From the NCBI GenBank assembly GCA_963719085.1, contig CAVRAL010000002.1, positions 1-64,000 of the forward strand: a stretch of 64,000 bases of DNA, written 5' to 3'. Numbering within the stretch: the stretch's first letter is position 1; each line of letters begins with the position of its first letter. Position numbers and translations under genes: made by a program. Positions 40,526 to 51,322 of the stretch are shown piece by piece. The DNA is from a candidate division FCPU426 bacterium. Its GTDB lineage: Bacteria > Oederibacteriota > Muellerivitia > Muellerivitales > Muellerivitaceae. The notes below the pieces were generated by a model. The model made no database searches and was not told the DNA's origin. It saw only the letters and a list, made by a program, of their open reading frames with translations.

Positions 40526-41668
40526 CTAGCGCCGGACGCCCGCCAGCATCTTAAACGCCGCCAATGTTTGGGAAGCGCTGTGTTCCCATCGGAAAAGCGA
40601 AACCCGGGCCTGGCCCTTTCGCTTCAGATCCGCCGCCAAGGCCGGGTCCAGTATGCGTTGAAAAGCCTGGCACCATTCCTGGATGCTGGTGGGCTCCACC
40701 AGCAAGGCCGCGTCCCCGGCCACTTCGGGGATCGCGGCGCTGTTGGAAGCCAGAACGGGTGTCCCGCATCCCATAGCCTCCAGCAGCGGAAGCCCAAAAC
40801 CTTCCTTCAGCGAGGGAAACACGAAGGCGTCGGCGCCTGAATAAAGCGCGGGCAGATCTTCCGGCGAAACGTATTGAATCCAACGGACCTTCTGGGCCAA
40901 GGCCGGGGACTGGATAAAATGAAGGAAATCTTCCCCGATCCATCCCTTGGGCCCGGCCAGGATTAATTCATGAGGGGTATTTTGGCGTTGTTTAAAAAGA
41001 AGAAAGGCGTGGACCAAGCGGAGCAGATTTTTTCGCGGCTCCAAGGTTCCCACGAATAAAAAATAATGGTCTTTCAACCGGTAATGATCCCGCACCTTTT
41101 GGATCCGGTCCGCGGGAGCGGGCCGGCTGAATTCTTTGGAAAGGCCGTGGGGAATCACCCGGATTTTGGAATCGGGCAGCCCCGCGAATTGGCGGGTCAA
41201 TTCCTGCCGGTTGAACTCCGAACAAGTTAGGATTAAATCGACCTTCTCTTCCTGCTTCTCGATATTCTTTTTGAAATTCTTGAAATCCGTCCCCTGCCCC
41301 CATTCCGGATTGGTGAGGTAAGCCAAGTCATGGACGAAAAGAACCTGCTTGCCTGTTTTTTGCGGCAGGGGCAGGTAGTTGGGATAAAAACAGATGTCCG
41401 CGGGGCGCCCCAAAAGTGATTCCATCGTCGGCGTTCCCAAGGTATTCCAAGTCATCTTGAGCGCGGTCCAGGGATAATGGGTGGCGTTGACCGAAATAAA
41501 CCGGTTTTCCGGAACCCGGGACCTTTCTTCCGGCGTCGGGCTGTTCATCCAGACAATGAGCTTGTCTTCTTCCAAGTGATGGGAAATCGCTTCCAACAAA
41601 TGGGTTAAATACCATCCCGCGCCTGTGCGCGCTCCCTGTAAGCAAGTGCCGTCGATTCCAATAATCAC
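40526..41668 (-). CDS. GT4-family glycosyltransferase
   Basis: [33 protein letters not shown]. Confidence 0.94.
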   Translation of the reverse strand: MIIGIDGTCLQGARTGAGWYLTHLLEAISHHLEEDKLIVWMNSPTPEERSRVPENRFISVNATHYPWTALKMTWNTLGTPTMESLLGRPADICFYPNYLPLPQKTGKQVLFVHDLAYLTNPEWGQGTDFKNFKKNIEKQEEKVDLILTCSEFNRQELTRQFAGLPDSKIRVIPHGLSKEFSRPAPADRIQKVRDHYRLKDHYFLFVGTLEPRKNLLRLVHAFLLFKQRQNTPHELILAGPKGWIGEDFLHFIQSPALAQKVRWIQYVSPEDLPALYSGADAFVFPSLKEGFGLPLLEAMGCGTPVLASNSAAIPEVAGDAALLVEPTSIQEWCQAFQRILDPALAADLKRKGQARVSLFRWEHSASQTLAAFKMLAGVRR

Positions 41669-41882
41669 GCGATAGGCCCCTCACGATAAGAATAATTCTC
41701 GTTGAACCCCAAAAGGCATTTTACGACACCCGGCTTGCTGTTTTTTAATATATAAGAGCGGAGCGCCGAGACGTTAAGAAAATCGAGCGGAAGCAATAAG
41801 GATAAATTCCATAACAACAAGTTTCTTGCCCGGAATCAGGGCTTGAAAATTATGTTGTTTTTTTGGTTGGGGGGTTAAAAGC

Positions 41883-43007
41883 TCATCGTTTCGCGTCCGA
41901 CTTCCGGGCCACGGCGTAAAGCAAAAGCCAATTCACCAGAAAGGAACTCTTCATCGAAAACCCGTTCGCCGCCAAGGTTTGGCTCATGCGGCTTTTCGTG
42001 AAATGATTGATATGGCCGCAGCGGTATTTGTGATACTGGCTTCCCCGGATATATCCCATGTAAAAGCAGTTGATGTTGAACAGGATGAAAAAAGGGCCCA
42101 AGAAAACATCATAAGGAACCGTAATCAGGAAAGTTCCGTTGGGCTTCAAGATCCGGCGCACTTCCTTCAAGACCCCTTCCAAATCCAGGATATGTTCCAA
42201 TGTCTCCGTCATGATCACCAAGTCGTAGGAAGCGGTCGCCAGGCCGGTTTTACCCAAATTGCCCGTCACCTTGAAGTCTTTCAAGCGCTTATTCTTTTTC
42301 GCCCAGCCCAGCATTTTGGGGTTAATATCCACCCCCGTCACCGGCAAGGAATGGACATTCCACCAGCAATTTCCGCATCCCAAGTCCGCGACCTTCATGC
42401 CCTTTTTATAGTGGGCTTCGACAAATTGGGTTAATTTTTCATAGCGGGAGCGGTGATACCAAGCGCGGAACTTGCTGACCTTTGCCTCATTGGTTTGGTC
42501 GTCATAATAACTTTCATTCATCTCCAGATACTCCACCTCGGCCAAATGGGCTGAACCGAAAGTGGAAATGCGGACGAACAAGGTGTTGGAGATCGAGAGA
42601 ATGACCAGGGTCAACAGAATGGCGACCCAGACGCTCAAATGGACCCATTGAAAAAGGGCGAAAAAAATGAGCGCGCTGCCCAGCGCCGTCCATACATATA
42701 GAAACCATTGAATGGCTCCCGGCGTGCGGAATTGAATTTCCTCGTTGACGTAAACCGTCCGGTAATAAACGTGATGAAAGGCTTCATTTAAAAAGGTACT
42801 GCAAAAACAAGCCAGGGCGGGATTCCATTGGAACAAAGCGTAAAGGACCACGAACACACCCAGGTTTAAAGCGCTTCCTAAAATGCCGCCCAAAAGAAAA
42901 ACCAAGGCGTCCGGATGCCGCAAACGGCCAGTCAAGCCCAAGGCCGGATTTTTACCCGCGATCGGGAGCTCTGATTTTTTTCGCATTTTTTTCTCCGTGA
43001 ATGCCAA
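41883..43007 (-). CDS. GtrA-like membrane domain fused to class I SAM-dependent methyltransferase
   Basis: N-terminal 4 TM (FLLGGILGSALNLGVF); C-terminal ADLGCGN, GVDI, ETLEHI, RRILKPNG.FLITVP. Start codon uncertain. Confidence 0.8.
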   Translation of the reverse strand: MAFTEKKMRKKSELPIAGKNPALGLTGRLRHPDALVFLLGGILGSALNLGVFVVLYALFQWNPALACFCSTFLNEAFHHVYYRTVYVNEEIQFRTPGAIQWFLYVWTALGSALIFFALFQWVHLSVWVAILLTLVILSISNTLFVRISTFGSAHLAEVEYLEMNESYYDDQTNEAKVSKFRAWYHRSRYEKLTQFVEAHYKKGMKVADLGCGNCWWNVHSLPVTGVDINPKMLGWAKKNKRLKDFKVTGNLGKTGLATASYDLVIMTETLEHILDLEGVLKEVRRILKPNGTFLITVPYDVFLGPFFILFNINCFYMGYIRGSQYHKYRCGHINHFTKSRMSQTLAANGFSMKSSFLVNWLLLYAVARKSDAKR

Positions 43008-43247
43008 GGATAAGGAGGCTGTAAGAATTTCATTAACCGCGTCGGATAAACCAGGCTGGGTTTTTCAATAGCCCGTCAAAACGATATCAGGTCCGCTTCG
43101 CGGCCCCGCGCGTCAACCCTATATCCCCCTAGTATAAGTCCCTTTTTTGAAAAGGAAACCCGGCAGAGCCCCCTAAACAACGAAGCGGACAGGAAAACCG
43201 CCCGAAGTCCGGTCAGCGCGATGCTTTTTGGGAAATTTCGCGATCCT

Positions 43248-44393
43248 CTAAAACCCGCAAAATGCGCGAAGATATTTCAGTTCATCCACCGGTTTATAAT
43301 TCGATTTCATTTTCGACAATGTTCTACGATTTTTCCAGGCCATTTCCAAGGCGGCGGTCATGGAATCCAATGAGCCGTTTTTAAAAACCAACCCCTTACT
43401 GTATTTACGTCCTTCCCAACCTAACCAACCATAATCGCAAGTCAGGATGATTTTGCCGAGCAGGGCCGCCTGGGCAAAAACCGCTGAAGACCCAATGTGT
43501 TTTCGATAAGGGAGGCACACCACGTCCATCTGGTTCAAGAGACGCCAATAATCCCGGTCGCCGAGGAATTCATCCCGAAATCGCAACCGCCGAACGCCCA
43601 TGCGGGCTTGGGCGGAAAGGATATTTTCAAGCAAATGGGTGGTCCGCAATTCACCCGCGATCAAGAGACTCGCGCTTTGGGGTAAACGGGCGCGTTGGAA
43701 CGCCGCCAACAAAAGGTCGGCGCCCTTACGAAAATCCAGGCAGCCAATGATGCCAAAACAAAGTTTCGCCTTCTTAACTGGTTTTCGATCACCGCGCTTG
43801 ACCGAACCGTGGCCCCTGAAGAGGGGGGGATCGGACACCCCGGTCAACTTGGTCCCCTGTTCACGACGCATTTTCTGAACTGCGTAATCATCATAGTAAA
43901 GAACCCGAACACCGGCTTTTTGTTGCAGGAAGAACGAAACCCAATTCTTGACCCGGCGCCAAAGATGAAACCCGGGATAGGGGGCGTCCAAACGCAAAAC
44001 ACCGCAACGGACCTCAATTCCAAATTTTCTGAAGCCCAATAACCGGCCGACCCCGATCAGCGGGACCACTTTATCCGCAGTCGGAAACAAAACGCGGCCG
44101 CAACCCCGCGCTTCCGCCGTCCGGGCCACCCGGGAAAATTCGCGCCATCGATCAAACTGGTTTTCGGGGCGAATATCGGAAAAAATCAATGTTTCAAACC
44201 GATTTTCGATTTTTTTGAGGTTTACTTTATAGGGCACCGAACCCAAAACTTCCCGGGTCGTCGCGAACAAAGGCTTGATTCCGGTGACTTGGTACGCGTG
44301 GCTCAACAAAAGACGCGCGTGGGCCAGGCGATGGCCCCCGGGGTCATCCTCGAAAACACAGACTTGTCGGGTTTCCTTCCCTTTGATCCCCAT
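43248..44393 (-). CDS. Putative GT-B fold glycosyltransferase
   Basis: GGH near the N-terminus, GCLDFRKGADLLL, DVVCLPY...SSAV. Confidence 0.78.
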   Translation of the reverse strand: MGIKGKETRQVCVFEDDPGGHRLAHARLLLSHAYQVTGIKPLFATTREVLGSVPYKVNLKKIENRFETLIFSDIRPENQFDRWREFSRVARTAEARGCGRVLFPTADKVVPLIGVGRLLGFRKFGIEVRCGVLRLDAPYPGFHLWRRVKNWVSFFLQQKAGVRVLYYDDYAVQKMRREQGTKLTGVSDPPLFRGHGSVKRGDRKPVKKAKLCFGIIGCLDFRKGADLLLAAFQRARLPQSASLLIAGELRTTHLLENILSAQARMGVRRLRFRDEFLGDRDYWRLLNQMDVVCLPYRKHIGSSAVFAQAALLGKIILTCDYGWLGWEGRKYSKGLVFKNGSLDSMTAALEMAWKNRRTLSKMKSNYKPVDELKYLRAFCGF

Positions 44394-44527
44394 TTTCTCC
44401 CTTTAAACTGGCAATCGATCCCTTCGCCATCATGGTAAAGATAAAAAGAGTCGAGCTTATCTAAATTGAATCCGTGTCAAAATCACCAAGAGTTTTATTC
44501 AGCAACTGATTTTTTTCCCGATGGTAA

Positions 44528-45991
44528 TTAGGGCTTGATCCTCAAGACGGACTTCAGGCTGGCTAAATCATCATGGTTTAATCCACCGGCACCCCAAATA
44601 ATCGCGCCATAGACGAATGGCCCCAATGCCAACCAATAGAGACCGGGACTTTCGTGTATTCCAATCCCCATGATGACCGAGGCAAGAACGCCGGCCAGCA
44701 GGCTTCGCCTAAACCCGAAATCTAAAATTTGGAAATGCCCGCGGGTCATCCCCAATACCCACCCCAGGAACACCAACTCGCAAAAAGTTGAAACGGCCGC
44801 AGCCCCCGTCCCCCCCCACCGGGGGATCACCAAAAAATTAGCCGAAACGTTCAGGATGAAAAGCCAAAAAAATAGACCGGTTAACCGACCGGGGGCCTGC
44901 ACCGCCAGTAAATTAACCGAAGGCTTTGTGCCAAAATGAAGAAAAATGGAAAGGGCTAATAAAGCGAAAATCGGGCCAGCGGCCTCGTAGGATGGGCCAA
45001 ACAAAAAAGCCATCAAGGAATTAGCCAAAAGAAACCCGCCCACAGTCAAAGGCAATCCCATTAAAACGAGAAGTTTAAGTGATCGAGTCGCCAACCGCTT
45101 CAGATCTTCCGATTGATCACGGGCCGCGGAAAATGACGGTAGGGTCGAAATACCGAAATGGTCTGAAACCATGAAGACAACAAAAAGCAGACGTCCGGCC
45201 ATGTCGTAAAGGGCTACAGCCTCGTTGCCCGAGTAATTCTTAAGAATGACGCTGTCCACCCGGTAATAAAGCATCTGAAGGGTTCCAAAGGCCGCGAACG
45301 GAATGGACCGTTTCAAAATGTCCAAAATTTCCGCCCACCGCAATCGGGACCATTGGAAAGACCAGCCTTGGCGCCTTCCAATCGCGATCAAAGGAATCAG
45401 GGTGAGAACAGATACCGCCACCCAAACCCAACAAGCCGATACGATCCGCCCTCCCAAATAAACCACCACCACAATTCCCAGCATCCGTAAAAAAGCCGAA
45501 CCCAAGGAGATTATTCCTTGTAAGGCCATTCTCTCATGGGCCTGTAGCAGAATGCTGTAGCCGCCTCCCGGAGCTTCGAACAAAAGCCTCAAACCCAACA
45601 CCCCCATCGCCATGCACAAAAGGGGTTCATAATGCAAAAGACGCCCCAAGAAAATCAAAACGGCTGTAAAAAACAAGGAGGTCCATGCCCGGGTGGTGAC
45701 GATGGTTCGAAGGTAATCGTTGGAACGACTTTTATCTCGCGCCACATCCCGAACCGCCAAGGCGCCGATTCCCAGCCCTGTCAAGGTGGAGAAAATCGTC
45801 ACCCAATTGACCGCAGTGGCGTACTGGCCATAGTCATTTCGACTCCAATGATGGGCAAGAAAAAGGACGGTCAACCAAGTGAAAAACCGGGAAAAGATCT
45901 CGGCACTCGTGAGGGAAATCGAATTTCGGGCGGCTCGTCGGGCCCGGCCCGAAGATGCGGAAGGGGGTGGCGGCTGGATTTCGGATTCCAT
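44528..45991 (-). CDS. Wzx-type polysaccharide flippase
   Basis: 12-14 TM, YGQY, YYRVDSVIL, VIPRWGGTGAA. Confidence 0.9.
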   Translation of the reverse strand: MESEIQPPPPSASSGRARRAARNSISLTSAEIFSRFFTWLTVLFLAHHWSRNDYGQYATAVNWVTIFSTLTGLGIGALAVRDVARDKSRSNDYLRTIVTTRAWTSLFFTAVLIFLGRLLHYEPLLCMAMGVLGLRLLFEAPGGGYSILLQAHERMALQGIISLGSAFLRMLGIVVVVYLGGRIVSACWVWVAVSVLTLIPLIAIGRRQGWSFQWSRLRWAEILDILKRSIPFAAFGTLQMLYYRVDSVILKNYSGNEAVALYDMAGRLLFVVFMVSDHFGISTLPSFSAARDQSEDLKRLATRSLKLLVLMGLPLTVGGFLLANSLMAFLFGPSYEAAGPIFALLALSIFLHFGTKPSVNLLAVQAPGRLTGLFFWLFILNVSANFLVIPRWGGTGAAAVSTFCELVFLGWVLGMTRGHFQILDFGFRRSLLAGVLASVIMGIGIHESPGLYWLALGPFVYGAIIWGAGGLNHDDLASLKSVLRIKP

Positions 45992-46112
45992 AAGCCTCCT
46001 GCAAGATGTTCGGATGCCGGGTAAAACTCTCCAAAAAATCTTAAGCCGAAAAACGGGCCACAGAAATCACACGGGTATTTTCACAGCCCATAGGCAAAAG
46101 TTCCATGTCAAT

Positions 46113-47096
46113 TTATGGAGCGACCTGTTTCATATACCGATGGATTTCCATCCACTTTATCCCGCATTGATGCCTCAATGTTTTTTTCAAACAGGGCGGC
46201 CAAACGGCCATCGCGGCGATCAGCAGGCCGTCGATCCCCAATAAAATAACGAGCGCGGGCAAAGACAAAAGGGTTTCCCACCAATTAAAAGACATGTATT
46301 TTCGATAAATAAGAACTTTTTCCGCTCTTTTCAAAAAACCTATTGCCGCCGCCCGGGTCGCCAAAAACAGCACCTTCCCGGCCGACCGGGCTGGCCAATG
46401 TGTGAGGGGGCTACAGAGCCGCATCATCCTTTTTTCAATGAACTTAGCCGGGACACTCGTCAAATCTTGTCTTTCATGATACATGTTCAATTTGGGGTCC
46501 ACCCAAAAAGGATAGCCCAGCTTGGAGGCGTATCGCGTCGCGTAAACGTCTCCTCCGAGGCGGGCGGTAAAGGGGCCAAAAGGCGGTTTTTTGAATCGAC
46601 TCTTTCGCAGAACCAAATTATGGGACATGGGCGCCTGGTCCATGAGGCTTCTTTCTCCGGCATGCAGATGCCCGTAGGTTAAAAGAGCTTCCAAACGCGC
46701 CCAATAAGAACTTCCCATATAAAAGGACGCCCCGGCGACCCCCCCCAGCGAAGGATTGGCTTCCAAGCGGCGGACAGCGTTGGTCGCGTAACCTGGGCCC
46801 GGTCGGCAATCACTGTCCCAAAAAGCCACAAAACCGCCCCGGGCCGCCTTAAACCCGGCGTTCTTGAGTCCGTAATAACCCACTCGGGGGACCACCACCC
46901 ATTTAAAATTTTTTGACGGAAAGGAAAAGGCGGGCGGATAATTGGCCGCCACAATGAGCTCAAAACGGCCGTCCGGAAAGGCCCGTTTCAGTTCAGCATG
47001 AAAAAAACGGATGGATTTTTCCAAGGAAAAAATCTCGGTTATTTCGCGGGTACTCGCTTCGGTCACGACGGAAAGCATGGGTTGGCGGTGGATCAT
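46113..47096 (-). CDS. GT2-like glycosyltransferase
   Basis: LSVV, KNAG..AARGGFVAFWDSDC (DxD), C-terminal TM. Confidence 0.78.
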   Translation of the reverse strand: MIHRQPMLSVVTEASTREITEIFSLEKSIRFFHAELKRAFPDGRFELIVAANYPPAFSFPSKNFKWVVVPRVGYYGLKNAGFKAARGGFVAFWDSDCRPGPGYATNAVRRLEANPSLGGVAGASFYMGSSYWARLEALLTYGHLHAGERSLMDQAPMSHNLVLRKSRFKKPPFGPFTARLGGDVYATRYASKLGYPFWVDPKLNMYHERQDLTSVPAKFIEKRMMRLCSPLTHWPARSAGKVLFLATRAAAIGFLKRAEKVLIYRKYMSFNWWETLLSLPALVILLGIDGLLIAAMAVWPPCLKKTLRHQCGIKWMEIHRYMKQVAP

Positions 47097-47156
47097 CGCT
47101 TTTTCCTGGCGGCATTTGTCCGGGAGCGGTCATCGGCCGGGACAATGAAAAATAAT

Positions 47157-47909
47157 TCAGCCTGCCTTGGAGCTCCCATAAGTCCCCTTCCAGCTGTTCC
47201 ACCGGATTAGGAAAAGTTCCATCAGGGTTCGAAAGGAATCCCGAACAGCGTTCACTTTAGATCCGGGAGCGTCAAACCATTGGACCGAGGTTTCCAAGAC
47301 CTGAAACCCTTTTTTACGGGCGATGAATAAAAGTTCCACGTCAAACCCAAAACCGTCGATAGTCTGAAGGGGAAAAATAGCTTTGGCGGCCCGGTGGCTG
47401 AAGGCCTTGAACCCGCATTGGGTATCCCATAAACCCGGCGTGGCCAAAAGTTGGACCAAGAGGTTCCCCACCCGGCCGATCGCCTGCCGGTAAAGGGGTT
47501 GACTCACCATCACTTGGCTTCGGTCCGTCGCGCGGCTTCCAATCACCACTTCAAACCCGCGGTTTAAGCCGGGACTGAGCTTCTCAAACTCCGAAAGGGG
47601 CGTCGCGTTGTCCGCGTCCATATAAAGCACCACCCGGCCCTGGGCTTCAAGGACGCCCGTTCGGACCGCGGCGCCCTTTCCCCGGTTGACCGGATGTTTT
47701 AATAGTTTCATCAGTTTCTGGGCTCTTTTCCTTTTTCGAAAAGCCTCGACCACTTGGATGGTGGCGTCCGTCGAACCATCGTCGACCAGGATGATTTCGG
47801 CCTTGATCCGGCTCAGTTTCAGATAGGCGAGGGATTTCTCCAAAGTCTTCTCAATCCGCCCCTCTTCGTTATAAATCGGGATAACCACCGACAGGTCGAG
47901 ACGGCTCAC
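47157..47909 (-). CDS. Polyprenyl-phosphate glycosyltransferase (Dol-P-Glc synthase-like GT2)
   Basis: SVVIPIYNE, VDDGSTD, NRGKGAAV, DAD, DTQCGFK, FDVELL; GTGA overlap with rfbD. Confidence 0.92.
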   Translation of the reverse strand: MSRLDLSVVIPIYNEEGRIEKTLEKSLAYLKLSRIKAEIILVDDGSTDATIQVVEAFRKRKRAQKLMKLLKHPVNRGKGAAVRTGVLEAQGRVVLYMDADNATPLSEFEKLSPGLNRGFEVVIGSRATDRSQVMVSQPLYRQAIGRVGNLLVQLLATPGLWDTQCGFKAFSHRAAKAIFPLQTIDGFGFDVELLFIARKKGFQVLETSVQWFDAPGSKVNAVRDSFRTLMELFLIRWNSWKGTYGSSKAG

Positions 47910-48763
47910 GGCGCGACCTCCGTGAGATAGTCTTGGAGGGCCTCGGTCCAAGGCCGAAAGGAATGCCCGACGGCCTCGGCGGCTTTGGATAAATCAAAGC
48001 TGGAATTGGCGGGACGGGGCGCCGGACGCAGGATATTTTCCGAAAGGGTGGGCACGATTTTGCAGGCCTTCAAACCGGTTTTTTTCTGAATTTCCAACGC
48101 GAAATCATACCACGAGGTGTAATCCTGGTTGGCAAAATGGTAGATGCCAAAAGGGGCTTTTTTTTCAATCAGTTCTTTCACGAATAACGCCACATCCCGG
48201 GTAAAGGTAGGCGTGCCCGTCTGGTCCGTCACCACTTCGACTTTAGGCTTGTTGCGGAAAAGTTCCATCATGGTGGTGACGAAATTACGGCCTCCCGGCC
48301 CATACAACCAAGAGGTTCGGATCAGGTAAAAATCGCACTTTTCATCCAAAAGCAAAGTCTCTCCCTGGCGCTTGGTTCGGCCATAAGCGTTGATGGGCTT
48401 GGGTTTATCGGTTTCAACATAAGGAGCCTCTTGGGTGCCGTCAAAAACATAATCGGTGGAGAAGTGAATGAAGGCGCGCCCGGTGCTGCGGCAAAATTTG
48501 GCCAGCCAGCCGACACCCACACCGTTGACCGCGAAAGCCTCCGAATACCAGGCCGCTTCCTCGCAGGCGTCCACCCGGGTAAAAGCGGCGCAATTGATCA
48601 GCCAGGAAAAAGAATGGTTCTCGAAGAAACGCTCCAAGGTGAAAGGTTTGGATAAGTCCGCCTCGTCACGCGACGGCGTCAAGACCGAATGCCCCGCTTG
48701 GCGGAGGATTTCGGCGATTTGAGCGCCCAACATGCCGGTGGATCCTAATAAAGCGACTTCCAA
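47906..48763 (-). CDS. rfbD: dTDP-4-dehydrorhamnose reductase
   Basis: GSTGMLG, NCAAFTRVD, STDYVFDG, YGRTK, DQTGTPT, RPANS. Confidence 0.94.
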   Translation of the reverse strand: MEVALLGSTGMLGAQIAEILRQAGHSVLTPSRDEADLSKPFTLERFFENHSFSWLINCAAFTRVDACEEAAWYSEAFAVNGVGVGWLAKFCRSTGRAFIHFSTDYVFDGTQEAPYVETDKPKPINAYGRTKRQGETLLLDEKCDFYLIRTSWLYGPGGRNFVTTMMELFRNKPKVEVVTDQTGTPTFTRDVALFVKELIEKKAPFGIYHFANQDYTSWYDFALEIQKKTGLKACKIVPTLSENILRPAPRPANSSFDLSKAAEAVGHSFRPWTEALQDYLTEVAP

Positions 48764-48804
48764 ATGAATCTCCCTTAAGCCTCTTAATCCCTCACGAAGA
48801 CCCT

Positions 48805-50109
48805 TTAAAAAGCCGCGACCGCGCCCCGGCCCATCCCATAATAGGCGAAACCCTTCTCCGCCATTTCCCGGGCTTCATACATATTCCGTCCGTCAACCAC
48901 CACGGCTCCCCGAACAAGTGATTTCAATTTGGAAAAATCAATTTGTTTAAACTCATTCCAGTCGGTTAAAAGTAAAACCGCGTCCGTCCCTTGGGCGGCC
49001 TCATAAGCGTCCTTACAAAACCGGGCTTTCTTAAAAAGAAGCCTAGCCTTCGGCATGGAAGCCGGATCATAGACCCGCACCTTCGCGCCCTTGGCTAAAA
49101 GCGCCGGAATAATGGTGAGGGAAGGGGCTTCCCGCAAATCATCCGTGTTAGGCTTGAAGGAAAGCCCCCAAACCGCGAAGGTTTTTCCCTTCAAGGGCCC
49201 CGCCGCTTGGGCGACTTTTTTCAAAAAGTAATGCCTTTGATATTGATTGATTTCCAATACCTTCGGAAGCATTTGAAAAGAATAGTGGTTGTTTTTCCCG
49301 ATCTGGACCAACGCCGAGACATCCTTGGGAAAACAGCTTCCGCCGAACCCAAGCCCGGCGTTCAAGAACTGGCCCCCAATGCGGCTGTCGTAGCTCATCC
49401 CTTTGGTGACCTGCAGGATATCCGCGCCGACCTGATCGCACAAGTTGGCGATCTCGTTGACGAAGGATATCTTGGCGGCCAAAAAAGCGTTGGAGGCGTA
49501 TTTGATCATCTCCGCGCTTTTCAGGTCCGTGATCAGGATGGGACATTGAAGCGGTTTATAAATTTCAGCCACCTTTTGGGCGGCGGACTCGCGGGTCGCC
49601 CCAATGACCACGCGCTCCGGATGAAGCAGGTCGGAAACCGCGGACCCTTCCCTCAAAAACTCAGGGTTGGAAACCACGTCGAAAGCCACGTCCGGGGGAC
49701 CGTGCTTGATGATGATCTGGGTGACGATATCGCCCATGCCGATGGGCACCGTGCTTTTATTGATGATGATTTTATAGCGGTTGATGCACTTGGCGATGCT
49801 CATGGCCACAGCTTTGACGTTGGTAATATCCGCTTCCCCCTGCTTATTGGGCGGGGTGTCGACCGCGATAAAAATAAAATCAGCGTCCTGGACGGCCTTG
49901 GCCAGATCGGTGGTGAAAAAAAGCCGTGAATCCTTATTGCGCCGGACCACATCCTCCAACCCCGGCTCAAAAATAGGGACGACGCCTTTTTTAAGCTCCG
50001 CGACCTTTTTTTTGTTCACATCCACGCAAGTGACGACGTTCCCCAAATCCGCGAAACAGGATCCGGTGACCAATCCCACATAACCTGTGCCAACGACCGC
50101 GATTTTCAT
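48805..50109 (-). CDS. ugd: UDP-glucose 6-dehydrogenase
   Basis: GTGYVGL, KSTVP, SNPEFLREG, GFGGSCFPKD, FKPNTDDLRE. Confidence 0.96.
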   Translation of the reverse strand: MKIAVVGTGYVGLVTGSCFADLGNVVTCVDVNKKKVAELKKGVVPIFEPGLEDVVRRNKDSRLFFTTDLAKAVQDADFIFIAVDTPPNKQGEADITNVKAVAMSIAKCINRYKIIINKSTVPIGMGDIVTQIIIKHGPPDVAFDVVSNPEFLREGSAVSDLLHPERVVIGATRESAAQKVAEIYKPLQCPILITDLKSAEMIKYASNAFLAAKISFVNEIANLCDQVGADILQVTKGMSYDSRIGGQFLNAGLGFGGSCFPKDVSALVQIGKNNHYSFQMLPKVLEINQYQRHYFLKKVAQAAGPLKGKTFAVWGLSFKPNTDDLREAPSLTIIPALLAKGAKVRVYDPASMPKARLLFKKARFCKDAYEAAQGTDAVLLLTDWNEFKQIDFSKLKSLVRGAVVVDGRNMYEAREMAEKGFAYYGMGRGAVAAF

Positions 50110-50145
50110 GGATTTCCAACTCCGAAAAGGATTGCCGAACTAATT

Positions 50146-50175
50146 AAAAAACCGGGGCAGAAATGCCCCGGTTTT
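50146..50175. terminator. Rho-independent terminator (bidirectional-type) after the ABC ATPase gene
   Basis: AAAAAACCGGGGCA-GAAA-TGCCCCGGTTTT. Confidence 0.85.
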
Positions 50176-50215
50176 AAAGTCTGTTGCCTGCTCGCGCCCC
50201 AAAAGCCCTCCCAAA

Positions 50216-51322
50216 TTAATTGGTCAGGCACTTTTCCGTTTCTTTATCGAAAATGTGGGCCTTCTGCATGTTGAAAACCAGCTCAATGTCTTGGTTGATC
50301 TCGATCTGGTCGTGGTTGCTCACCCGCGCGATGAAGGGGCTTTTGCCCGTCGTTAGGTACAGGTAGGCTTCCGCGCCCAGGGGCTCGATAATCTCCACGG
50401 TGGCGCTGATGGTATTGTCCGGCGAGGCGTTGGCCGCGTCCATTTTGTCGTGGATATCCTCAGGGCGGATCCCCAGGATCACTTCCCGGCCCACATGGCC
50501 TTCGACTTGCACGTTGAATTGGTCCGGCAACTTGATTTCAAAATTTTCCTCGTTGAAATAAATGCCGGTTCGCTTCTTGTTCAAGGTCCCTTCCATGAAA
50601 TTCATGGAGGGGGTTCCGATAAAGCCCGCCACGAATTTATTCACGGGTTTCTCGTAAAGGGTGATGGGCTCGGCGATTTGCTGCACGAATCCGTCCTTCA
50701 TGACCGCGATCCGGTCGCCCATGGTCATGGCCTCAAGCTGATCATGCGTGACATAGATCATGGTCGCCTGCAGGCGGGTATGAAGCTTGGAAATTTCGGC
50801 GCGCATCTGCACCCGGAGTTTGGCGTCCAAGTTGGAAAGCGGTTCGTCAAAGAGGAACACCTTGGGTTTGCGCACGATCGCCCGGCCTAAAGCCACGCGT
50901 TGGCGCTGACCACCGGAAAGCTCCTTGGGACGGCGGGCCAAAAGTTCCTGGATGCCCAGGATGTTGGCGGCCTCATGGACCCGTTGCTTGATTTCTTCTT
51001 TCGGGTATTTACGCAGTTTCAAACCGAAGGCCATATTCTCAAAAACCGTCATATGGGGATAAAGGGCGTAATTCTGGAACACCATGGCGATGTCCCGGTC
51101 CTTGGGGGGAACGTCATTCACCAATACATCGTCGATGCGGATTTCACCGCCCGACAACTCTTCCAATCCGGCCACCATGCGAAGGGTCGTGGATTTCCCG
51201 CAACCCGAGGGGCCGACCAGGATCAAAAATTCCTTGTCCGCGATCTCGATATTGACGTTATTGACCGCCACCACATTGTTGCCATAGACCTTGTTCACGT
51301 TCTTCAAAATGACCTTGGCCAT
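50216..51322 (-). CDS. MalK/UgpC/MsmX-type sugar ABC transporter ATPase (orphan)
   Basis: GPSGCGKSTT, VFQNYALYPH, LSGGQRQRVA, DEPLSNLDAKLR, TOBE C-terminus. Confidence 0.95.
   Translation of the reverse strand: MAKVILKNVNKVYGNNVVAVNNVNIEIADKEFLILVGPSGCGKSTTLRMVAGLEELSGGEIRIDDVLVNDVPPKDRDIAMVFQNYALYPHMTVFENMAFGLKLRKYPKEEIKQRVHEAANILGIQELLARRPKELSGGQRQRVALGRAIVRKPKVFLFDEPLSNLDAKLRVQMRAEISKLHTRLQATMIYVTHDQLEAMTMGDRIAVMKDGFVQQIAEPITLYEKPVNKFVAGFIGTPSMNFMEGTLNKKRTGIYFNEENFEIKLPDQFNVQVEGHVGREVILGIRPEDIHDKMDAANASPDNTISATVEIIEPLGAEAYLYLTTGKSPFIARVSNHDQIEINQDIELVFNMQKAHIFDKETEKCLTN

Noticed and set aside
43010..43247. Possible riboswitch or sRNA in the long intergenic region (also 41670-41880 and 11370-11610)
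   Set aside because: No recognisable conserved motif by eye; an Rfam/Infernal search would be needed.
46055..46112. CACAGAAA-TCAC motif shared with ~63448-63465 and ~10430 as a fourth repeat family
   Set aside because: Matches are short and degenerate with no convincing paired arm.
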